Source of the DNA: Bacteroidia bacterium
GTDB taxonomy: Bacteria; Bacteroidota; Bacteroidia; NS11-12g; UBA955
Direction: 5' to 3'
DNA: 39,297 bases
Assembly: GCA_032111345.1 (NCBI GenBank)
Contig: JAULUW010000288.1
Coordinates: forward strand, 1-39,297
A model generated the notes under the pieces. It made no database searches and was not told the DNA's origin. It worked only from the letters and a program-made list of their open reading frames with translations. Below are positions 25,731-33,436 of the stretch, in pieces. Positions within the stretch are counted from its first letter, which is position 1. The number at the start of each line of letters is the position of its first letter. Position numbers and translations under genes: made by a program.

Positions 25731-26201
25731 TTATCCCACAAGTGCCGATAACTCGGGATAGAAAGCTTCCATCGGATAAATTCCCATATCCAAAACATCC
25801 GCCATATAAGCGGGCGTAATTTCCGTTTGTAGCGCAATTGGCATCACCAGGCGGAAGTAAATGCTACCGGTTTCAGGTGAAATTCCAAGACTTCCCAAAG
25901 GCAACTGAAAATTAATATCAATCAATTTTTCAGCAATCGAGGTTCTATTATCCGCTGAAACTTTCAGATTGTATTCCCAATACATCTGTAAGAAAACCGA
26001 GCCATCTAAGTCATCCCCCATTGGGAATACGGTGAAGTTCAAGGCCCAATCTTTGAGTTCCGGTTTTTCCTCTTCCTCATAGGGGTAAACCAGTAACACT
26101 TTAAAAGGAAGTTCATTGAATTCTTCAATAAATTGTGCTTTATAGCCCAATTGTAGAATTTGATTCTGTATAATTTCTAGGGTATTGTCTTCGTTAATCA
26201 T
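25731..26201 (-). CDS. Small acidic protein, YbjN / type-III-secretion-chaperone-like (putative cargo chaperone)
   Basis: 156 aa and strongly acidic: my hand count gives ~25 Asp/Glu against ~8 Lys/Arg. The segment AEKLIDINFQLPLGSLGISPETGSIYFRLVMP resembles the YbjN-family core (LN..L..G.f.ld..g.l.fr). The gene lies 10 nt downstream of the 619-aa gene on the same strand. Confidence 0.45.
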   Translation of the reverse strand: MINEDNTLEIIQNQILQLGYKAQFIEEFNELPFKVLLVYPYEEEEKPELKDWALNFTVFPMGDDLDGSVFLQMYWEYNLKVSADNRTSIAEKLIDINFQLPLGSLGISPETGSIYFRLVMPIALQTEITPAYMADVLDMGIYPMEAFYPELSALVG

Positions 26202-26211
26202 GATAGTAATT

Positions 26212-28071
26212 TTAAATTTCTCTTTGTATCAAAGCTTTGTAAAGCATGGTGATTTGTTCCTTCTGATTACCATTCTGAGCAAATAGCTTACCAGGACTTA
26301 CTCCCATTGCTGAGATATACATTTCTAATTGTTTGGCTCGTGAATCAAATGCGGCTCCTTTCAATGATTTCAAATTTTGTATTTGTTGAAGGAGTGTATT
26401 TACTTGTTTCATTCTATAATCTCTTTTTGCCGCGGTTGATTTACTCGCATCAAATCCACTGGTTATAACATCCGATTCACCGCGCGCCTCTTTAGCTGCA
26501 TGTCGGTCCCGACCTGCTTGTTTTGCAACACGTGCGGCAGGCAATGCCACTTTAACTGAGGCCGAAGCTGCTTTCAAACTAGCGCCTGCGATGGCTCCTA
26601 CTCCTGTTAAATTCGCAATAGAACCCGCTAGGTTGGCAAATTCAGCAACTAACAAGATAGAATTTCTAACAATTCTCTTTTTATTGGCTTCGGCAATTTC
26701 GCCTACCATTGCATATTCTAGAACTTCAGGATTCGCTGCTTCAAGGTCATTTTTTTGAACCGCAACCACTGCGGTCTTATTCTTCATTTTGAGAATATTG
26801 GCATCTAGCGCTTTCTTCTCATTAATCAACCTTTGTTTATCTGATGTGGATTTAAAGAACCCTGTTTCATCAGATGCCGTTTTTATTTTTTCCTCCAATT
26901 GAGCAGATTTCTCCTCATCTTCAGATATGGCTACTTTATAATTTGAAATGGTTGCATCGTATTTTCTAAGTTCCTCAGATTTTTCTTTTACCACCGAACC
27001 TGGATCTTTTTCTTTTGATTCTTTTTCGGCAATCATCTGTTTGTAATCGCGATAAGAAATCACCAAGTAAAATCCTTCCTTGATAATAGCGATACCAGAA
27101 AGTGCGATGTCTAATCCTGGAATTGCGGCTGTAACGCCTCCGAAAGTCCCCCCATCTAATGCTTCTTTGACTCCGTTTATTACGGTTAAGACCGATTTAC
27201 CGGTTTCCACAAAGCCTTGCGCAATACCCAAACCCTCAATGGCTTTTTCCCTCTTACTGCTTTCGTTGCGCTCTTTGATCGTGGTAACCAATTGTTTTAC
27301 GGTTAGGAAACCGGTTTTAATAGCACCAATGGCATCACCCACACTACCCGACCAAGCACTCACAGCTTCTGAGTCGGAAGCCACTTTAGAGCCTTCGGAA
27401 GCAACCTCATTGGTAAAATCGGACGCCGCACCTACTGTACCCGCAATACCTTCGCCCATTTCAAATCCTGCTTCGATTTTATCTAAAAACTCTTTATTCG
27501 GATCCATTAAAGTAGTCAAGGAATCTGACATGGCCTTAATTCCGGAGGCAGTACCCATAACACTTGCGGCTACGGCTAAACCCTTCATATCTTTTTGAAC
27601 GGTTTCAGACAAATCGTCTTCTTCTTTTCCTTGTGCCTCGTTTACGGCCTTATAACCATCTTCAAATTCATCTTTTGCATCACCAATAACCCCAAATGCA
27701 TCATCCACAACCCCTTTTGCCTGATCACCCACCGATTCATCATCGCTATCGTCACGGCCTGCAGAGATGTCCGTGGCGGCGCCCGTCATGGTTTGACTTT
27801 TTGCTGTTCTATCGGCCACTGTTTTCTTGGCACTTGCTGCCATTCGAGCGCCTCCAACCATTGCCATTGCACTGCCCGCAACTGAAGGACCTGCCGCTTT
27901 CACAGGAGCCGTAGTTGTTGGTGCCGAAGTACTTGAGGAATTTGCTGCAACACTTGTTACTGGATTGGCAGGCAAGGTGGTTGATGCACCAGAGGCAGAA
28001 CCTGAATTGGTGGCAGTATTCGCCGATGGTGTACTCGTGTCCTGTTTTTTTAATTCTGCAGTTAAAGGCAT
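26212..28071 (-). CDS. Large hypothetical protein, candidate eCIS cargo/effector (alternative: tape-measure protein)
   Basis: 619-aa uninterrupted ORF. Residues 10-100 are Ser/Thr/Ala/Pro/Gly/Asn-rich with no aromatic residues, and residues ~105-160 form an acidic patch. Two long hydrophobic Gly/Ala-rich segments (aa ~309-340 GGVTAAIPGLDIALSGIAIIKEGFYLVISY and aa ~471-510 SILLVAEFANLAGSIANLTGVGAIAGASLKAASASVKVAL) flank a charged coiled-coil-like stretch. No known family was recognised. Confidence 0.5.
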   Translation of the reverse strand: MPLTAELKKQDTSTPSANTATNSGSASGASTTLPANPVTSVAANSSSTSAPTTTAPVKAAGPSVAGSAMAMVGGARMAASAKKTVADRTAKSQTMTGAATDISAGRDDSDDESVGDQAKGVVDDAFGVIGDAKDEFEDGYKAVNEAQGKEEDDLSETVQKDMKGLAVAASVMGTASGIKAMSDSLTTLMDPNKEFLDKIEAGFEMGEGIAGTVGAASDFTNEVASEGSKVASDSEAVSAWSGSVGDAIGAIKTGFLTVKQLVTTIKERNESSKREKAIEGLGIAQGFVETGKSVLTVINGVKEALDGGTFGGVTAAIPGLDIALSGIAIIKEGFYLVISYRDYKQMIAEKESKEKDPGSVVKEKSEELRKYDATISNYKVAISEDEEKSAQLEEKIKTASDETGFFKSTSDKQRLINEKKALDANILKMKNKTAVVAVQKNDLEAANPEVLEYAMVGEIAEANKKRIVRNSILLVAEFANLAGSIANLTGVGAIAGASLKAASASVKVALPAARVAKQAGRDRHAAKEARGESDVITSGFDASKSTAAKRDYRMKQVNTLLQQIQNLKSLKGAAFDSRAKQLEMYISAMGVSPGKLFAQNGNQKEQITMLYKALIQREI

Positions 28072-28196
28072 AGTGGTTTGATTAAATTCAAGGGTTTGCG
28101 TGCAATTTTAACTTCCTCACAAAAGAAAGTCCTGAACATCGATTCCACGATATCCTAACAAACCTTTGTGGAAAACTTAAGCGCCCTTGGGGAAGC

Positions 28197-29543
28197 TTAT
28201 TTTTTATTCAACTCCTCCTCAATCGCGTCAAGTAGTGTTTTTAAACGGATTTCCACCTTTTCAGCACCTACTTCACGCAAAATAACTTGTTTTACAATAT
28301 TCACAATTTGACCGCCCACAAGCTTATGTTCCTTTGCTATTAATCGCAAATCTATGTCCGTAGCTAAAGGCAAGGTACCTTCCAAAGCTTTTCTCCATAA
28401 CTCCCAACGGTATTCACCGTCTGGTGCCTCGAAGTAAATCATTTTTTGAAACCTCCTTAAAAAAGCGTCGTCTATTGAACTCTTTAAATTCGTGGCTAAA
28501 ATAAGCACCCCTGGATGATCCTCCATACGCTGTAGTAAAAAACCAACCTGCTGGTTTCCGTATCGCTCATTCGACTGTCCCGATTGCGAACGTTTGCCAA
28601 ATAGGGATTCACCCTCATCAAAAAACAAAATCCAATTCTTATTCCTCGCTTGCCTAAAAAGATTGTCGATATTCTTTTCGGTTTCTCCAATATACTTGGA
28701 ACTCAACTGCGATAAATCGATACGATATACGTCACGATTGTATTTTTTACCAATTAACCCCGCTACTAATGTTTTTCCTGTTCCTGAAGGACCATAAAAA
28801 ACCACCTTGTACCCTTCTTTGATTTTTCTTCCTAATCCCATTTCACCCAACATCCTTTTTTCGTATTCCAACCACAATTCTATATCCCGAATTTCTTTCA
28901 CAAGTTCTTTGGAAAGAACCACATCGGTCCATTCCATGTTTGTCTTAACCAATGAAGCGGGAAACTTACTTGAATAATTGGGCTTAGTAGCCACCCCTTT
29001 GGAAAAAATCTCCATATAATCGCTACTCAAGGAAAAAGGTTGAAAAGTTACAGGCAATCCCGGCTCTTTATAATCAAACAACAATATACCCTTTTCAAAA
29101 AGCCAATGTTCTGGGTTCAAACAATTCAAAACCAACATGCGTTCTTCCACAGATCCATTGGTCAATAAAAAAATGGCTGTTTCACCCGTGGGAATAAAGG
29201 GAGTTTGCGCCGTTCCAATAATTCCCCCTAAACGGGTTTCTGTATAATTAAAATCTTTGGCTGCTTTTAATATTGGATCAAATATTCTAGGCTTAAAATA
29301 CAAAGCCAATCCAATTACCACCAAACCCCGTTCAATGGCATTGAGATTCCAAGCACATACATTATTACTGTAAAAGCCGTTTTCTGATAATACCGGAGGT
29401 AAAATTTCTCCCTTATTTTCAATACGGTCTTTTAACTCCTCCGAAGCATTTCCAAGCTGATATTGAATTAAATTTTCAAGCCATATTAAGTCGGTTTCAA
29501 TATCGCTGGTGGATGATTTCGCCAAAGCCATGTTTATGTTCAA
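28197..29543 (-). CDS. AAA+ ATPase, Afp15/Pvc15-type eCIS assembly/cargo-loading ATPase
   Basis: Walker A FYGPSGTGKTLVAG, Walker B ILFFDEGESLF, sensor/arginine region LILATNLKSSIDDAFLRRF, and a ~220-aa non-ATPase N-terminal domain. It is transcribed divergently from the contractile-tail operon. Confidence 0.8.
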   Translation of the reverse strand: MNINMALAKSSTSDIETDLIWLENLIQYQLGNASEELKDRIENKGEILPPVLSENGFYSNNVCAWNLNAIERGLVVIGLALYFKPRIFDPILKAAKDFNYTETRLGGIIGTAQTPFIPTGETAIFLLTNGSVEERMLVLNCLNPEHWLFEKGILLFDYKEPGLPVTFQPFSLSSDYMEIFSKGVATKPNYSSKFPASLVKTNMEWTDVVLSKELVKEIRDIELWLEYEKRMLGEMGLGRKIKEGYKVVFYGPSGTGKTLVAGLIGKKYNRDVYRIDLSQLSSKYIGETEKNIDNLFRQARNKNWILFFDEGESLFGKRSQSGQSNERYGNQQVGFLLQRMEDHPGVLILATNLKSSIDDAFLRRFQKMIYFEAPDGEYRWELWRKALEGTLPLATDIDLRLIAKEHKLVGGQIVNIVKQVILREVGAEKVEIRLKTLLDAIEEELNKK

Positions 29544-29710
29544 TGATACAACTGAATTATCAGGAGTGCCAAATTTTGCCTTAAATTTATGTGTTTTTCC
29601 GAATCAAATCACCTCTGAAAACCTCCTTTTTCATGTACTATCACAGAATATAACATTGAAATCTCATTTAAAACCCATAGCATTGTACTTATTTGTAACT
29701 TGGATATAAT

Positions 29711-30070
29711 ATGAATCCTGATCACTTCTTCAAACAAATGGAACTCCGAACGGAGCGGGAGCTGTATCGGAAAAGTTTCCGAGCCGTTACCGATTCTCAG
29801 GATTCCTTGATGAAAAAGTTTGAAAACAACAAAAAAGAACGCTTGAAGCAAGGTTTTGCTCGTGAGGTTAAATGGTTCTTTCTTTCACTTCTTCTCGCTC
29901 CGGTGCTAGCATTCATTTTTTATTATCTTTTTGCCAATGTTATACCCGATCAACTTATTGAATTGGCGATTTATTTCGACGGTATCGAAACCTTGTTTTT
30001 TGTTATTTTAGGATTTTGTTTTCTAAGCATTTATATCACCCGCCTGATTCTATGGGCACTTAAAAAATAA
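29711..30070 (+). CDS. Small 2-TM membrane protein, first gene of the eCIS structural operon
   Basis: 119 aa with a charged N-terminal ~45 aa, then two hydrophobic helices (WFFLSLLLAPVLAFIFYYLFANV and LFFVILGFCFLSIYITRLILWAL). It ends 5 nt before the DUF4255 gene. Confidence 0.55.
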   Translation: MNPDHFFKQMELRTERELYRKSFRAVTDSQDSLMKKFENNKKERLKQGFAREVKWFFLSLLLAPVLAFIFYYLFANVIPDQLIELAIYFDGIETLFFVILGFCFLSIYITRLILWALKK

Positions 30071-30075
30071 GCAGC

Positions 30076-30642
30076 ATGGTATATGATGTTTTAAACGCCC
30101 TTTGTGAAGAACTCAATGCCCATTTAAAATACCAATTGAATACGCCTGAAGACGTATTGGTTTTTTCAAATTTGATGGATATTGCGGGTGCAAAAGCACT
30201 GCAAACTGAAAATCAGATTCACATGCAACTCATTCGCATCGAAGAAGACCGTACGCTCAACCGAGCAGGTGGATTTAGAGGCCTTGCCGCCGAAGCAGGT
30301 CCAAGATTGTTTCACGCACACATACTTTTTGCCGCCAACTTTTCTGGCAAACAATATCCAGATGGCGTGAGGTATCTCAATTTAATCCTCAATTACTTCG
30401 TTTCCAACCCTACATTAAACAGTTCCAATGTAAGCGATTTGCCTTCTCAAATAGATTCACTTTCCATAGAACTGAACAATTTGGAAGAGCGCGAACTGAG
30501 TAATTTATGGGGAACGATTGGGGCCAAGCTTTTACCTCATTTATATTATAAAATCTCATTAATCCCAGTATTTAGATCCACTGGGTTTGAACGAACCGCT
30601 CCGTTAATTAAAGGTATTTCTCCCAATCTGTTAAGAAAATGA
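30076..30642 (+). CDS. DUF4255 (Pvc16_N) tail terminator/cap protein, Afp16-like
   Basis: MVYDVLNALCEELNAHLKY..., IHMQLIRIEEDRTLNR, HILFAANF and ERELSNLWGTIGAKLLPHLYYKISLIPV follow the DUF4255 pattern as I remember it (LWGALGGKYLPSVLYKVRL-type C-terminal motif). Confidence 0.78.
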   Translation: MVYDVLNALCEELNAHLKYQLNTPEDVLVFSNLMDIAGAKALQTENQIHMQLIRIEEDRTLNRAGGFRGLAAEAGPRLFHAHILFAANFSGKQYPDGVRYLNLILNYFVSNPTLNSSNVSDLPSQIDSLSIELNNLEERELSNLWGTIGAKLLPHLYYKISLIPVFRSTGFERTAPLIKGISPNLLRK

Positions 30643-31469
30643 GGTATATCCCATGGTTGCAAATAGAAACTACACACCCGGTTTTTCGTTCGGGATATAT
30701 GGATTGTTTGGCCTTTTTCCCCAGCGAAAATTCACAAACTTGGTTAAGAAATCACCGATGCATTTGGAAAATGTGGCAAAACCGCCTCATTATTTCTATT
30801 GAAGAGGATCCAAACAACCTCGGTCAGCCCAAAATTATACCCACATCATCAGCAATAGAACTTTCTATTTATATAGGCATTAACGATTTGAATTATGCTT
30901 TATATACGGAAATTGACGATTCCCCCATTCATTACACCCAACATCATTACTATTCTGATATACTTGGAACGGAAAGCATCAATCAAGAAATATTATTTAA
31001 TCATTCAGAAATAAGAGAGAAAGTTAAAGCCATTGCTTTGCCAAAACCCTATCAAAAAATGGGAGTTCTGCACGTCTTGATAGCAAAACCCCAAGCCTTT
31101 TTCTCACAAATAAAAAATAAATCTCCGCATCAAATTCGATTTCTTTGTGAGGAAAAAAAGTATCATATATGTTATGTAGTGAAAGAGTCACATCCTGCCG
31201 ATGGAATGCCTACATCTATCCATGAGGATACAGATAAAGTTCACTTCAATGAATTAGACGTGGAAAACGACGACTATACCTTTTTCATCTCAAAAGAGGA
31301 AATTCCACTATCCTCATTATCAGAGTTAAACTGTTATTGCAAAGGGCGTTACGAAGGAGATGATTCCGTCAGATTAAAATGCAAAGCTTCCAAATTTTCC
31401 TTAAATGACCTCACCACACATCCTACTTATCCACACAAGTATATTTTATTACGTGAAATAAAATACTGA
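30639..31469 (+). CDS. Hypothetical protein of unknown family (eCIS accessory/structural candidate)
   Basis: 276-aa ORF whose ATG overlaps the cap gene stop (ATGA at 30639-30642). It is rich in His, Tyr, Cys and Trp. No recognisable motif or TM segment. Confidence 0.6.
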   Translation: MRYIPWLQIETTHPVFRSGYMDCLAFFPSENSQTWLRNHRCIWKMWQNRLIISIEEDPNNLGQPKIIPTSSAIELSIYIGINDLNYALYTEIDDSPIHYTQHHYYSDILGTESINQEILFNHSEIREKVKAIALPKPYQKMGVLHVLIAKPQAFFSQIKNKSPHQIRFLCEEKKYHICYVVKESHPADGMPTSIHEDTDKVHFNELDVENDDYTFFISKEEIPLSSLSELNCYCKGRYEGDDSVRLKCKASKFSLNDLTTHPTYPHKYILLREIKY

Positions 31470-31474
31470 TGGTA

Positions 31475-31482
31475 TAGATTTG
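31475..31482 (+). promoter_or_regulatory. Candidate internal -7 promoter box (TAGATTTG) ahead of the sheath gene
   Basis: Exact TAnnTTTG, 45 nt upstream of the sheath ATG, inside the only sizeable (58 nt) intergenic gap of the structural operon. Confidence 0.3.
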
Positions 31483-31527
31483 CCATAGATCGAAAATAAT
31501 TAGTATAACAAAATAATAATTTAAAAA

Positions 31528-33396
31528 ATGGCAAATTACAAAACTCCGGGTGTGTATGTAGAAGAAATTTCTACGCTTCCTCCTTCCGTTGGCCAAGTAC
31601 CAACTGCGGTACCTGCTTTCGTTGGATACACCCAAAAGGCTATCAAAGGTGGTGCGAGTGTGAAACACGAAGCCGTTCACATTACATCCATGTTGGATTA
31701 TGTTGATTACTTTGGAGGTGGTTATATCCCCCAAGAAATCAATGTTTCCTTGAACGCGGCTTTGCAGGTTGAAAACATCAAACTTGACAAACAATTTTTC
31801 ATGTACGATACCGTACGTTTGTTTTTCTCTAATGGCGGCGGCGAATGTTACATCGTTTCTGTAGGGGATTATAACGATGATATCGATTATGACCAATTGC
31901 AGGAGGGAATGAACTCGGTAAAACGCGAAAATCAACCTACCATTTTAGCGAGTCCAGATGCCGTATTGTTAAAGAAAGCTGACGAATGTTACAGCTTACA
32001 ACAACAAATGTTGATGCAGTGTGCTGAAATGCAAAATCGTTTTGCGGTTTTGGACGTATTTGAAGGATTTATAAATCGCAAGGACAAAGACATCGTATTA
32101 AATTTCCGCAATGGTGTAGGTGTAAATAATCTGAAGTACGGTGCTGCATATTACCCTTGGGTTTACAATGCATTGCCACACAAATACAACCATGAAACCA
32201 TCAAAATTCAGGTAAATGGTGAAGACAAGCGTTTAGAAGAAATTTGTTCACACCCTATTTCAGTGAAAAACCTGAATATGTCTGTAATAGATCACGCTCG
32301 TGTTAAAGAATTCTCTAACGAGAAAAACTACAAAGCAGCCTTAACAGATTTGTTGGATAACATTAGCGGCGAAGAAGCCAACTATGCAGGAGCAACTACC
32401 TATTTAGGCGAGCAATTCAAAGCTCTTTACGATTTTGCAACTTCATTCTTCAATAGCGCGGCAATTTCCAATGAAATGAGCGTTAAAGTAAATGCCAGTT
32501 CTAAATTCTCTACCTTGCTTAAGTCATTCGCTAGTTTTGACGCGGCCGTGGGAGCTGGAGCATTTGCTGCCGACAAATTCCCAACCTTAGATTTGGGAGA
32601 AGCCATACCGATGCCCGCTATTGCGAATGCAGAAGGGGATGCACTTAAAAATAAAATCACTAAAGATACCGCTTACCATATTGGCGCAGAATTGCGTTCT
32701 GTTTTGGACAGCATATTGGAAGATGCCGATTCGATTAAAATCAACTTGGGCAAGATTGCATACGATTACAATCCTTTATTACAGAACATTGTAAACGAAA
32801 TCTACAAAGAACTTTCAAAAATTACCCCTTCTGGAGCTATCGCCGGTGTTTACGCCATGGTAGACAACCAGCGCGGTGTTTGGAAGGCTCCCGCAAATGT
32901 AAGTCTTGCAGGCGTATCTCGTCCGATTGTTAAAATTGATGATCGTGCACAAGAAGATCTTAACGTAGACGTAATTAGTGGAAAAAGTGTTAATGCAATT
33001 CGTTCTTTCACAGGTAAAGGAACCCTTGTATGGGGAGCTCGCACCTTAGCAGGTAACGATAACGAGTGGCGCTATGTTCCTGTACGTCGTTTCTTTAACA
33101 TGGTGGAAGACAGTGTGCGAAATGCTACCGGATGGGCTGTATTTGAACCTAACGATGCTTCTACTTGGATCCGGGTTAAGGCAATGATTGAAAATTACCT
33201 AACCAATCTTTGGAAAGCGGGAGCCATGGCCGGTGCTAGTGCCGATCAAGCATTCTTTGTTAATATCGGCTTAGGCACTACCATGTCTAGCGTAGATATT
33301 CTAGAAGGCCGCATGAATATTGAGATAGGCATGGCCGTTGTTCGTCCTGCTGAATTCATAATATTGAAATTCTCACACAAATTACAAGAATCATAA
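31528..33396 (+). CDS. Contractile tail sheath protein (Afp2-4/Pvc2-4 equivalent)
   Basis: The N-terminus MANYKTPGVYVEEISTLPPSVGQVPTAVPAFVGYT and the C-terminal half PSGAIAGVYAMVDNQRGVWKAPANV ... VNAIRSFTGKGTLVWGARTL ... WRYVPVRRF are classic phage sheath motifs. Confidence 0.93.
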   Translation: MANYKTPGVYVEEISTLPPSVGQVPTAVPAFVGYTQKAIKGGASVKHEAVHITSMLDYVDYFGGGYIPQEINVSLNAALQVENIKLDKQFFMYDTVRLFFSNGGGECYIVSVGDYNDDIDYDQLQEGMNSVKRENQPTILASPDAVLLKKADECYSLQQQMLMQCAEMQNRFAVLDVFEGFINRKDKDIVLNFRNGVGVNNLKYGAAYYPWVYNALPHKYNHETIKIQVNGEDKRLEEICSHPISVKNLNMSVIDHARVKEFSNEKNYKAALTDLLDNISGEEANYAGATTYLGEQFKALYDFATSFFNSAAISNEMSVKVNASSKFSTLLKSFASFDAAVGAGAFAADKFPTLDLGEAIPMPAIANAEGDALKNKITKDTAYHIGAELRSVLDSILEDADSIKINLGKIAYDYNPLLQNIVNEIYKELSKITPSGAIAGVYAMVDNQRGVWKAPANVSLAGVSRPIVKIDDRAQEDLNVDVISGKSVNAIRSFTGKGTLVWGARTLAGNDNEWRYVPVRRFFNMVEDSVRNATGWAVFEPNDASTWIRVKAMIENYLTNLWKAGAMAGASADQAFFVNIGLGTTMSSVDILEGRMNIEIGMAVVRPAEFIILKFSHKLQES

Positions 33397-33436
33397 GTCT
33401 AACCAAACTGTATAAAAAAATTAAAATAATATAATT

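Noticed and set aside
27080-28081. Several plus-strand ORFs (172, 96, 72 and 84 aa) inside the 619-aa minus-strand gene
   Set aside because: All are shorter, mutually overlapping and Ala/Pro/Ser-rich mirror images of a compositionally biased gene. The 619-aa minus-strand frame is the only long uninterrupted one, and it is in operon register with its neighbours.
31423-31935. 170-aa minus-strand ORF overlapping the start of the sheath gene
   Set aside because: It lies opposite the most conserved part of the sheath protein (YKTPGVYVEE). The translation is Ile/Phe/Tyr-rich AT-driven noise with no motif.
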